Assembly (NCBI GenBank): GCA_030706405.1
Contig: JAUZOO010000002.1
Coordinates: 65,167-129,166, forward strand
Reading direction: 5' to 3'
DNA from: Bacteroidota bacterium
GTDB taxonomy: Bacteria > Bacteroidota > Bacteroidia > Bacteroidales > JAAUTT01
Length of the DNA: 64,000 bases
Position 1 is the first letter of the stretch, and every line of letters begins with the position of its first letter. This document shows, piece after piece, positions 8,597 through 17,555 of the stretch. Under the pieces are notes generated by a model, which was not told the DNA's origin, ran no database searches, and saw only the letters and a program-made list of their open reading frames with translations. A program made the translations under genes and the position numbers.

Positions 8597-11062
8597 TTAA
8601 ACTCCTAATTTGCTTCGTTTTTTCTGTTCTTCAATCGACCAGTTAGTAACGGGACTGTAACCCTGAAGCGGAAGTATGCGGCTATGAATAGCATCCAGAA
8701 TCCATTCGGGTTGTGGGAAGAAGTATTTTTCCATTTCGTAAGCCGGCGTGATCCAGTTACGCGAACCAACGACTACCGGTGGAGCATCGAGTTCGTCGAA
8801 AGCCATTTCGGCGATATTCGAAGCAATGTCGCGGAGGTACGAACCTCTGCCACAAGCGTCGCTGGCAAGTATAATACGACCGGTTTTTTTAACCGATTCG
8901 AGAACAATGTCGTAGTTGAACGGTACGATACTGCGGGCATCGATAACTTCGGCGCTAACACCGTATTTTTCAAGCTGTTCGGCAGCTTTCATAGCTACGT
9001 AAAGGGTTGAGCCGATGGTCAGAATGGTAACATCGGTACCTATGCGCTTGATGTCGGGCTCGCCGATTCCAATTTCGTAATATTCCTGAGGAACTCCGCT
9101 TTCGTGGAATTGTTCGCCAAAGTCGTACAGACGCTGGCTTTCGAAGAAAATTACCGGGTCGGTGCCTTGCAACGCAGCATTCATTAGACCTTTAGCATCG
9201 TATGGAGTTGCAGGGAATACGCATTTGATACCCGGAACGTGGGCGATCAGCGACGACCAGTCCTGAGAGTGCTGTGCACCATATTTTGAACCTACTGAAA
9301 CACGGATTACTACCGGCATTTTGATGAGGTTTCCGCTCATCGCCTGCCATTTAGGTAACTGGTTGAAAATTTCGTCGCCCGAACGCCCGATGAAGTCGCA
9401 ATACATGATTTCAGCAATCACGCGTCCGCCAGCCATACCGTAACCAATGGCCGTACCAACGATGGCAGCCTCGGCAATGGGCGAGTTAAACAGGCGGTGA
9501 TATGGGAGAGCTTCGGTCAAGCCGCGATATACGGCGAAAGCTCCTCCCCAGTCGCGGTTTTCTTCACCATAAGCTACCAGGGTCGGATCTTTATAGAACC
9601 GGTCGATGACAGCTTCGAAGATAGCATCGCGATATTGGAAAATTTTGGCTTTTGAAACGGGTTTACCGTCTTTATCCAAGAAATAGCGTTCTTTGGTTTT
9701 GAGGGCTTTCACGCGAGGATTTTCTTCCATCGGGTGATTAACTTCAGGGGTACGGTTATCAAATTTTTCAACCGAACCGTTCGAGAACATCATCTCTGCA
9801 ATAGCATCAGGATTGGAATCCATGTCGATGCGCGGCGAAATGGTGTCGTCGATGGAGAGTTTTAGCATCGCCGACAGTTCTTCGATAATGCCGTTGCGGA
9901 TGGCATCGAGTTCGGCCTGGGTAGTTACGTTTGCTTTTACAATTTCGCTACCAAATCCCAGGATGGAATCCTGTGCCTGCCAGGCTTCAACTTCTTCTTT
10001 CGAGCGGTACGATGATGCGTCCGAAGGCGAGTGTCCGCTGAAGCGATACGTTAAGGTATCGAGAAGTACCGGACCTTTTTTATCTACAAGAATTTTCTTT
10101 TTGCGTTTGAAAGCGTCGATAACAGCCAGCGGATTGTATCCATCGATACGCTCAGCGTGCAACATATCGGCGTTAACACCGGCACCGAGACGGGCAGCAA
10201 TGCCGTAACCCATGGTTTCGCCGCAGGTTTGTCCGCCCATACCGTATTGGTTGTTCATTATGTTGAACAATACAGGGAGACCGCCTTTAACGGCATCGTC
10301 CCAAAGCTTGGTAAACTGATCCATGGTGGCGAAGGTGATGCCTTCCCAAACCGGACCGCAAGCCATCGATGCATCGCCGATGTTACAAACGACAACACCC
10401 GATTTATGGTTAACCTTTTTGTAAAGGGCCGCACCTACCGAGATGTCGCCCGAACCACCTACGATAGCGTTGTTTGGATAAATTCCGAACGGGGTGAAGA
10501 AGGTGTGCATTGATCCGCCAAGCCCCTTGTTGAAACCGTTTTCGCGGGCAAACATCTCAGCCAATGATCCGTAAAGCAAGAATTTAATAGCTAATTCTTT
10601 AACGGTGCCGTTGTGTCCTTTTTCAACCACAGCAAGGGTTTTGCCACCAAGGAATTCCTTCATGATTTTCATCAGTTCGGCATCCGAAAGCTGGTGGATA
10701 GCGGCCAGACCTTTGGCCAGCACTTCGCCGTGGCTACGGTGCGAACCGAAGATATAATCTTCAACAGTAAGGTTGTAAGCCATACCAACAGCGGCAGCTT
10801 CCTGCCCGATGGAAAGGTGGGCCGGACCGGGGTGGTTGTAAGCAATACCGCGATATTCGTTCTTAATCTTGATTTCGTTAATCATGTTTTCGAACTCGCG
10901 GATATAAACCATATCTCTCCAAATGCGGACGAAGTCTTCGTTTTTGAAGTTTTTCTTCTCGTCTTCGATGGTTTTGTTGTACTGGTTTACCGGAATAGTT
11001 CCGAATGTAAGTTTATCAGCCTTACGGGCATCTTTGGGGTCTATAAATTGAATTTTTGGCAT
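8597..11062 (-). CDS. Fused alpha/beta E1 component of a TPP-dependent 2-oxoacid (acetoin/branched-chain type) dehydrogenase
   Basis: TPP motif GDASMACGPVWEG...NNQYG in the N-terminal half and a transketolase-like beta-subunit half. Start moved to MPKIQF (ATG at 11062) because the upstream extension runs through a palindromic hairpin. Confidence 0.85.
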   Translation of the reverse strand: MPKIQFIDPKDARKADKLTFGTIPVNQYNKTIEDEKKNFKNEDFVRIWRDMVYIREFENMINEIKIKNEYRGIAYNHPGPAHLSIGQEAAAVGMAYNLTVEDYIFGSHRSHGEVLAKGLAAIHQLSDAELMKIMKEFLGGKTLAVVEKGHNGTVKELAIKFLLYGSLAEMFARENGFNKGLGGSMHTFFTPFGIYPNNAIVGGSGDISVGAALYKKVNHKSGVVVCNIGDASMACGPVWEGITFATMDQFTKLWDDAVKGGLPVLFNIMNNQYGMGGQTCGETMGYGIAARLGAGVNADMLHAERIDGYNPLAVIDAFKRKKKILVDKKGPVLLDTLTYRFSGHSPSDASSYRSKEEVEAWQAQDSILGFGSEIVKANVTTQAELDAIRNGIIEELSAMLKLSIDDTISPRIDMDSNPDAIAEMMFSNGSVEKFDNRTPEVNHPMEENPRVKALKTKERYFLDKDGKPVSKAKIFQYRDAIFEAVIDRFYKDPTLVAYGEENRDWGGAFAVYRGLTEALPYHRLFNSPIAEAAIVGTAIGYGMAGGRVIAEIMYCDFIGRSGDEIFNQLPKWQAMSGNLIKMPVVIRVSVGSKYGAQHSQDWSSLIAHVPGIKCVFPATPYDAKGLMNAALQGTDPVIFFESQRLYDFGEQFHESGVPQEYYEIGIGEPDIKRIGTDVTILTIGSTLYVAMKAAEQLEKYGVSAEVIDARSIVPFNYDIVLESVKKTGRIILASDACGRGSYLRDIASNIAEMAFDELDAPPVVVGSRNWITPAYEMEKYFFPQPEWILDAIHSRILPLQGYSPVTNWSIEEQKKRSKLGV

Positions 11063-11077
11063 TGTTTTATTTTTTAT

Positions 11078-11145
11078 AAACGCAAAGGTGCTAAGGCGCA
11101 AAGATTATTTTCTTCTTTACATAGCGCCTTCGTGCCTTTGCGTTT
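11078..11145 (-). repeat. Intergenic palindrome between the E2 and E1 genes
   Basis: AAACGCAAAGG....AAGGCGC pairs with GCGCCTT....CCTTTGCGTTT, giving 11 bp plus 7 bp around a 4x4 internal loop. Confidence 0.65.
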
Positions 11146-11149
11146 GATG

Positions 11150-12466
11150 TTAAATCGTTTCGTTAAAATTTTCAATCTGATTTTTAATTTCCTTCAGGAA
11201 CAAGGTAGCTTGTCCACCGTCGATGGCGCGGTGGTCGTACGTCAAGGAAAGTCCGATTACCGGGATGAAGCCAAAAGCTCCGTTGCCAAGGTCGGCAGGG
11301 CGCAATACGATGGTGTTCACGCCCAAGATGGCAACCTGCGGAAGATTGACAATCGGGGTAAACATCTCAACACCATAATTACCGAGGTTAGATACGGTGA
11401 ACGAAGCTGCGGAACTCGAAAGAATTTCGGGGTTTACCGAGCCTTTTTTGCAATCGTCGGCAATGGCTTTCAGGCGGTTCGAAAGGCCTTTGAGCGAAAG
11501 GTCGTCGGCATTTTGAACTGAAGGAACCATCAATCCGCGGGGAGTATCAACGGCAAGGCCGAGGTGTACTTTCTTAAAGATTTTGGTGTTGTCGCCAAGG
11601 AAATGGCTGTTTACTTCCGGGAATTTCTCAAGGGCACGAATTACAGCAAAGCAAATCATGTCGTTGAGGGTGATGTTCGGGCCTCCCTGGTCGGCCAGGG
11701 CTTTTGCTTTTTTGCGAAATGCCTGGAGTTTGCGAACATCGGCGCTCATGTGGTGTGTAAGCTGAGCCGAGTTGCTGATGCTTTCGTGCATGGCTTTGGC
11801 AATGAGCTTGCGCATGTTCGAAAGTTTGTTGAGAGAGAAATCATTATCGTTAAATAATGTACTGGCCGCAGGAGCAACATAAGAAGCCGCTGCAGGTGCT
11901 GTAACCACCGGATTTTCAGCTACAGGCGCGGCAACCGATGTGGCTGCCGACGCTGCAGCATTTGTAGTAGTAGGGATAGATGTTTCGATATCACGGGCAA
12001 TAATACGTCCGTTAGGACCGCTGCCTTTTATTCCGGAAAGGTTAACCCTCATTTTTTCGGCCATCACACGGGCGCGAGGAGATATTTTGATTTTGGAATT
12101 CAGGGATTCAGCATTCAGGGTTGAAGTCGCAGTAACTGCCAGAGCTGAACTCTGAATTTCTGAATTCTGAATGCTTGAATCGGCGGAAGCTGGGGCTCCT
12201 CCCGCGCGAAATGCGTCGGTAGCTTCGCCTGGCTGACCGATAACTGCAACATTGATAAGAACAGGAACCTCGTCTCCATCGTTATAAAAAACATCGATGA
12301 GGATACCGTCTTCTTCAGCCTCGGTCTCAAATGAGGCTTTGTCGGTTTCGTAAGTAAAAAGGATGTCTCCTTTTTTTACGCTATCGCCCTTTTTCTTCAC
12401 CCATTCGGTGATGATGCAGGTTTCAACGGATTGACCCTGCCGGGGCATGATTACTGGTGTTGCCAT
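11150..12466 (-). CDS. Dihydrolipoamide acyltransferase E2 component
   Basis: Lipoyl domain with ETDKA, a peripheral-subunit-binding segment (ISPRARVMAEK) and a catalytic DHRAIDGG motif. Confidence 0.9.
   Translation of the reverse strand: MATPVIMPRQGQSVETCIITEWVKKKGDSVKKGDILFTYETDKASFETEAEEDGILIDVFYNDGDEVPVLINVAVIGQPGEATDAFRAGGAPASADSSIQNSEIQSSALAVTATSTLNAESLNSKIKISPRARVMAEKMRVNLSGIKGSGPNGRIIARDIETSIPTTTNAAASAATSVAAPVAENPVVTAPAAASYVAPAASTLFNDNDFSLNKLSNMRKLIAKAMHESISNSAQLTHHMSADVRKLQAFRKKAKALADQGGPNITLNDMICFAVIRALEKFPEVNSHFLGDNTKIFKKVHLGLAVDTPRGLMVPSVQNADDLSLKGLSNRLKAIADDCKKGSVNPEILSSSAASFTVSNLGNYGVEMFTPIVNLPQVAILGVNTIVLRPADLGNGAFGFIPVIGLSLTYDHRAIDGGQATLFLKEIKNQIENFNETI
12096..12181. repeat. 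Inverted array of TTCAG heptads inside the E2 linker coding region
   Basis: Three tandem nATTCAG units (12097..12118) face four CTGAAy units (12145..12172) plus a degenerate fifth. Confidence 0.8.
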
Positions 12467-12610
12467 AAATTATTTAGTGTTTGTAATTTATTATTTTTCA
12501 GGAGTTAGTGCTGTGGTAGCTGGTTGTCAGCCCTAAAGCCCGGATGAATGTTTACAGGTTGAGTACTTTTCAAAAATGCAATCTTCTGTTTTTTAATCAT
12601 TTTCTTTTAT

Positions 12611-12711
12611 ACTTGTAAGTACATGTAATTAAAAAATATTATATTTGCTTCTGAAAAGTATTAATATTAAATACTTTGCAAATATATAAATTTAACTTGT
12701 TAATACAAGTT
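12611..12711. promoter_or_regulatory. Two candidate GntR/HutC operators in the divergent E2/GntR intergenic region
   Basis: ACTTGTAAGTACATGT (12611..12626) and the palindrome AACTTGT-TAAT-ACAAGTT (12694..12711). Confidence 0.5.
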
Positions 12712-12756
12712 TTTCTACTATTTTTAACAGGATTTGATTTTTATAAAAGGAGCAAA

Positions 12757-13473
12757 ATGTCCGAAAATATTAAAATACCACAGTACAGGCAGTTATATGA
12801 AGTTTTGCGCAAGCAGATAACCGGTGGCGTGTTTAAAGAAGGAGACTTGTTACCTTCCGAAAACGACCTCTGCTCACAGCATAACCTCACGCGACCAACA
12901 GTGCGTCATGCTCTGGATTCCTTGTTAAATGAGGGACTTATTAAAAAACAAAAGGGCAAGGGAAGTATCGTTTCGAGTTTGCCAAAAGGAATTGGCATTT
13001 TGTCTATTTCCGGGATGACTTCGGCGGTTGGGCGCAATAGTTTGTCAACTAGAATATTAGCTAAGCCTAAGGTGGTAAAATGGCCGCAACCTTTTATGTT
13101 TGAGCTTTCCGAAGTCGAGCAGCAGTCGGGTTGTATATATCTTGAGCGGTTGCGACTGGTTGATAATATTCCGTTATTCTACGATGTTAATTATTTGCCT
13201 AACATTAATTTACCCCGGTTTACTTCCCGAAATTTTGAAAACAAGTCGTTGTTCGACATGCTTCGCCGGTATTACCAAATTGAGATTAAAGGCGGAGAAC
13301 AGAAACTGAAGGCCATTTCGGCTAACGAGAGTATTGCAGGCTTCTTAAATGTGCCTGTTGGAAATCCTGTGCTCAGCCTCGAGCGTAAGCTGTTTACCAA
13401 TCGTCCGGGATTTAACATTTTTTCGGCCATCGTTTGCAATACTTCCGAACACGCTTTATACGGGACGTTTTAG
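12757..13473 (+). CDS. GntR-family transcriptional regulator, HutC/UTRA subfamily
   Basis: wHTH segment LPSENDLCSQHNLTRPTVRHALDSL plus a UTRA-like C-terminal half. Start moved to the ATG at 12757 (MSENIKIPQY). Confidence 0.85.
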   Translation: MSENIKIPQYRQLYEVLRKQITGGVFKEGDLLPSENDLCSQHNLTRPTVRHALDSLLNEGLIKKQKGKGSIVSSLPKGIGILSISGMTSAVGRNSLSTRILAKPKVVKWPQPFMFELSEVEQQSGCIYLERLRLVDNIPLFYDVNYLPNINLPRFTSRNFENKSLFDMLRRYYQIEIKGGEQKLKAISANESIAGFLNVPVGNPVLSLERKLFTNRPGFNIFSAIVCNTSEHALYGTF

Positions 13474-14216
13474 AACAACAGAAAAAATGCCGAAACGGCC
13501 GTTGAGATAAGGATAAAAATTCGATACGCTTTTTCGGGAAGAAGATCGACAAGCTTTACACCAAGGTAGGCGCCCAACGCAATGGCTGGTAGCAGGATTA
13601 TGTTAAAGGTTAACGATGAAAATGTGATGTTTTTCCAGACAAACATCTGAAGTGGCACTTTGGTGTAGTTGACAATCAGAAAAAACCAAGCTCCGGTACC
13701 AATGTAACTATTTTTAGGCAAGCGCATCGACTGGAGAAAGATAGCCATTATAGGCCCGGCAGCGTTGCCAATCATAGTGGAAAAACCTCCGGCGAGTCCA
13801 AAAATGGCAGAGTACCATCGTTTGGAAGGGACTTCTAGTTTATCACGATGAAAATCCTGCCAGAACATCAATCCTACGCTAAACAAGACTGTCACCCCGA
13901 TGATGTTTTTAAAAGTATGGTCCGAGACCTTATTGCCAATTAGCAGTGCAATAATAACGCCCGCCATCGCCCAAGGCAAAAGCCGGAAGATGTGTTTCCA
14001 GTCGGCATGTCGATGATAGTACAGAACCCCGAAAATATCGGCCATACAAAGCATCGGAAGGATAATTCCTGTTGAGGGTTTACCTCCATATAAGATTGCC
14101 ATCAACGGAATAGCCAATGTTCCGGCTCCCGATAGTCCGGTTTTTCCCATGCCAATGAGTATAGCGGCAATGATGGCAAATATCCAGCCTGCGATTGTAA
14201 CCTGAGTGTAGTCCAC
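13470..14216 (-). CDS. TauE/SafE-family (DUF81) anion exporter membrane protein
   Basis: 248 aa polytopic protein with GKTGLSGAG and duplicated 4-TM-like halves. Its stop overlaps the GntR stop by 4 nt (convergent genes). Confidence 0.75.
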   Translation of the reverse strand: MDYTQVTIAGWIFAIIAAILIGMGKTGLSGAGTLAIPLMAILYGGKPSTGIILPMLCMADIFGVLYYHRHADWKHIFRLLPWAMAGVIIALLIGNKVSDHTFKNIIGVTVLFSVGLMFWQDFHRDKLEVPSKRWYSAIFGLAGGFSTMIGNAAGPIMAIFLQSMRLPKNSYIGTGAWFFLIVNYTKVPLQMFVWKNITFSSLTFNIILLPAIALGAYLGVKLVDLLPEKAYRIFILISTAVSAFFLLF

Positions 14217-14292
14217 GTGCGTTTATTAAATCGTGGCGAAGATATTCATTTCTGCTAACTATGTTGGCATCTTTAAAAAAGGTGAAAGCTTG

Positions 14293-14334
14293 AAATGACC
14301 TTTTCAACAAAGTTAAAATGACCATCTCAACAAA
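14293..14334. promoter_or_regulatory. Direct 19-bp repeat pair in the TauE/SDR divergent promoter region
   Basis: AAATGACCTTTTCAACAAA (14293..14311) and AAATGACCATCTCAACAAA (14316..14334) are identical at 17 of 19 positions and offset by 23 bp. Confidence 0.45.
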
Positions 14335-14374
14335 ATAGTTGTTGTGATTTATGATGAACTTTGCGTTATAAATA

Positions 14375-15457
14375 ATGAAAACAACAATGGATATTGCAAC
14401 CGATAAATTTATATTAGTAACTGGAGGAACAGGCTTTGTAGCATCGCATTGTATACTTCAACTGCTGCAGCAAGGCTACAGGGTGAGAACTACGGTTCGG
14501 TCGTTAAAGCGTAAAGATGAAGTAATTGAAATGCTAAAAAACGGAGGTGTCGATCCGGGTGACAACCTGACTTTTGTGGAAGCCGATCTTTTAAAAGATG
14601 ATAATTGGGATGAAGCTGTAAAGGATTGCGAATATGTGCAGCACGTGGCTTCACCTATTTTCCTTCGTCTGCCTAAACACGAAGACGAAATGATTCGACC
14701 GGCAGTAGAGGGAGCGCTACGTGTGTTGAAAGCTGCGCGGGATGCAGGCGTAAAACGAGTGGTAATGACTTCAAATTTTGGAGCAGTAGGTTACAGCCAT
14801 AAAGATAAAAACACGTTAATCACCGAAGAGAGCTGGACCGACCCAAATGAAAAAGGGCTGTCGGCCTATAACAGATCGAAAGTGATGGCCGAACGGGCTG
14901 CTTGGGATTTTATGGCTCGCGAAGGTGGCGATCTGGAGTTGGCGGTAATTAATCCGATGGGAATTTTCGGACCTTCGCTTAGTCCGGTTTTATCGAGCGG
15001 TTTTGGCTTACTGCTAAAAATTCTGGATGGATCAATGGTAGCTATTCCCAACATTAATCTGGGAATTGTGGACGTACGCGATGTTGCCGACCTGCACATT
15101 CGGGCAATGACAAACCCTGCCGCCAAAAGCCAGCGGTTTCTGGCCTTGTCGGGAGGAACAATGTCGTTGCTGGAAATATCCTTATTACTCAAAGAGAAAA
15201 TGCCCGAAGTAGCCCGGTTAGCATCAACCAAACCGATGCCCGACTGGTTGATTCGTATTGCAGCACTATTTAGTTCGCAGGCTAAAGGTATTTTGCCGTT
15301 GGTGGGTATCTATCGCAATGCAAGTAACGATAAAGCCCGTAAGCTGCTGGGCTGGCGTCCTCGCACTAACGAAGAAGCCATTATGGCCACTGTGAAAAGT
15401 TTGAAAAAGTATGGACATCTGGATATTTCAATATATAGTAAAATTGAGAAGAATTAA
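14375..15457 (+). CDS. Extended-SDR NAD(P)-dependent aldehyde reductase (dihydroflavonol-reductase-like)
   Basis: VTGGTGFVASH Rossmann motif and YNRSK (YxxxK). Confidence 0.8.
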   Translation: MKTTMDIATDKFILVTGGTGFVASHCILQLLQQGYRVRTTVRSLKRKDEVIEMLKNGGVDPGDNLTFVEADLLKDDNWDEAVKDCEYVQHVASPIFLRLPKHEDEMIRPAVEGALRVLKAARDAGVKRVVMTSNFGAVGYSHKDKNTLITEESWTDPNEKGLSAYNRSKVMAERAAWDFMAREGGDLELAVINPMGIFGPSLSPVLSSGFGLLLKILDGSMVAIPNINLGIVDVRDVADLHIRAMTNPAAKSQRFLALSGGTMSLLEISLLLKEKMPEVARLASTKPMPDWLIRIAALFSSQAKGILPLVGIYRNASNDKARKLLGWRPRTNEEAIMATVKSLKKYGHLDISIYSKIEKN

Positions 15458-15476
15458 AAAAACTATAAAACATACC

Positions 15477-16574
15477 ATGGTAATAACACTGTCCTTAATT
15501 ATAATATTCGCAGGTTCAGCTTTTGTATATGTGCGGCAGGCTAAATTTGGAACTGTCCCTTCTGGTGAAAGACTGTTACGAATTCAAAAATCGCCCAATT
15601 TCAAAAATGGAAATTTTCAAAACAGGAGTCTGACACCAACTCTTGCCGAGGGGTATAGCATGATGGGCGAATTGTATAAACAAATTTTTGAAAAGACTCC
15701 TCGTCGTTATCCGGTCGATGCAATTCCATCGGTAAAAACCAACTTGTTAAACTTGCCACCCGATTCCGATGTTCTCGTTTGGTTTGGACATTTATCTTAT
15801 TTTATGCAGGTGAGTGGTAAAAAGTTTTTGGTCGATCCTGTCTTTAGCGGTAATGCTTCGCCTATTCCGGGAACTGTGCGTTCTTTTAAAGGAACCGATA
15901 TTTACAAGGCTGCCGATATGCCACAGATTGATTATTTGCTGATTACGCACGATCATTACGACCATCTGGATTATGAAACCATCATCGCCTTAAAGGATAG
16001 AGTGAAAACTGTGATTTGCGGATTAGGTGTGGGAGCTCACTTCGAATATTGGGGTTTTAATCCGGCTAAAATCATTGAAAAGGATTGGAACGAAGACGTT
16101 ATTCTGGAAGATGGTCTTAAAATACATACAGTTCCGGGAAGGCATTTTTCCGGAAGAGGTTTTACCCGAAACAAAACGCTGTGGTTATCCTATATTTTGC
16201 AAACCCCAAATTTTAAAATATTTTTGGGTGGCGATGGTGGATATGATACTCATTTTGCTGAAATTGGCAATAAGTTTGGTCCTGTCGACCTGGCTATATT
16301 AGAGAACGGACAGTACAATGCTGCCTGGCATTATATCCATATGTTACCCAACGAAGTGTTAAAAGCGGCTAAGGATTTAAAGGCAAAGCGTCTTTTCCCG
16401 GTGCACTCGTCCAAGTTTGCGCTTGCCCGACATTCCTGGGATGAGCCTCTGAAAGAAATTGCCCGATTGAACAAATCTACCCGTATTCCGTTGGTCACCC
16501 CAATGATCGGACAAATGGTAAAACTCAATAAAAACGATCAGGTTTTTACGGAATGGTGGAAAGATGTAAATTAG
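15477..16574 (+). CDS. MBL-fold metallo-hydrolase with N-terminal membrane anchor
   Basis: THDHYDHLD (HxHxDH) motif. Start moved to the ATG at 15477 (MVITLSLIIIF). Confidence 0.8.
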   Translation: MVITLSLIIIFAGSAFVYVRQAKFGTVPSGERLLRIQKSPNFKNGNFQNRSLTPTLAEGYSMMGELYKQIFEKTPRRYPVDAIPSVKTNLLNLPPDSDVLVWFGHLSYFMQVSGKKFLVDPVFSGNASPIPGTVRSFKGTDIYKAADMPQIDYLLITHDHYDHLDYETIIALKDRVKTVICGLGVGAHFEYWGFNPAKIIEKDWNEDVILEDGLKIHTVPGRHFSGRGFTRNKTLWLSYILQTPNFKIFLGGDGGYDTHFAEIGNKFGPVDLAILENGQYNAAWHYIHMLPNEVLKAAKDLKAKRLFPVHSSKFALARHSWDEPLKEIARLNKSTRIPLVTPMIGQMVKLNKNDQVFTEWWKDVN

Positions 16575-16718
16575 CATCAAGTAGTATACTCATTGTGTAG
16601 TAAATTGTTTAATAACAGTAAGTTATAGAAAGTAGTTGTTGTTTTTGATTAGTATTTTATGAAATAATTTAAGCAAAATTCATTTTTGTTGCATTTATAA
16701 GCATGGTGTGTCTACGTT

Positions 16719-17435
16719 TTACAGCGTAGATACGTATTTCCCCGATCGGCTTCCGGATACATTTGGGCAAACTTTTCGGCACATATTGCAGGTGTATATG
16801 GTTTCGCCTTTAAGTGTTTTACCCTGCGAAAATTCTCTGCATTTCAATTGATTTACCCCCATTTCGGATAGTGCACCACTGGAACAACTGTCGATACATT
16901 TTTGGCAACCGGGTTTGCAAAGCGATTCTTCCATCAGCGGGTCGGGTTCAAGTTTGGCATTGGTAAGTACAGCCCCTATTTTTATCAGGCTGCCAATTTC
17001 GGGGTTGTATAATAAATGGTTTTTTCCCCAGGTGCCAAGCCCGCTATTATAGGCAATATGTTTTAACGATACCAGACCTTTGCCGGTTTGATTTTCCTCA
17101 TCCCAATATTCATAAGGCTCTGAAGGAACAATAACAGCCAGGTATCCGTGGTTTTCGATATATAAGCATAATTCCAATGCAATTCGATGGGTTTCGTGTG
17201 TCATAATAAGCTCCGATACCGAATAGGGTATGGTTGTCGATAAGTATAACGAGCCTTTAGTTATTTGTTTAGCAAACGCAATTACCGATTGTGTTTGGGG
17301 AAATAAGTCGAGTGGACTGAAACCTTTGGGGGCATTACTGAATCGGTCAACGGAACCTATTCCACATAATCGGGCTCCGAGTTCGGTTGCATAATTTTTT
17401 AGGTTGTTTGAATTCATAGTTTTATTTTTTGTCAA
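16719..17435 (-). CDS. 4Fe-4S cluster protein, QueG/reductive-dehalogenase-like
   Basis: Two Cys clusters, CKPGCQKCIDSC and CNMCRKVCP. Confidence 0.55.
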   Translation of the reverse strand: MTKNKTMNSNNLKNYATELGARLCGIGSVDRFSNAPKGFSPLDLFPQTQSVIAFAKQITKGSLYLSTTIPYSVSELIMTHETHRIALELCLYIENHGYLAVIVPSEPYEYWDEENQTGKGLVSLKHIAYNSGLGTWGKNHLLYNPEIGSLIKIGAVLTNAKLEPDPLMEESLCKPGCQKCIDSCSSGALSEMGVNQLKCREFSQGKTLKGETIYTCNMCRKVCPNVSGSRSGKYVSTL

Positions 17436-17555
17436 TATTACAGCTTAATAATCAGGTGTAAAAGTGAAATATTTTCATAATATCAATTAGATATATTCAT
17501 TAAATATTTTACAATTGATTAGATTATTAAACTATATTGGACAAAAATTTATGTC

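Noticed and set aside
10613-11521. 302-aa plus-strand ORF spanning the E1/E2 junction, and similar long antisense ORFs (3895..4509, 4751..5242, 23981..24454, 9813..10208, 25925..26317)
   Set aside because: Each lies antisense to a gene with unmistakable family motifs, has low-complexity or odd composition and has no recognisable motif. They are typical shadow ORFs.
12757-14216. TauE/SafE exporter next to the catabolic cluster as evidence for a sulfosugar or sulfonate pathway
   Set aside because: There is no sulfoquinovosidase, Xsc, sulfolactaldehyde enzyme or other sulfonate marker. TauE-family proteins are generic anion exporters, and this gene is convergent with the regulator rather than in the cluster.
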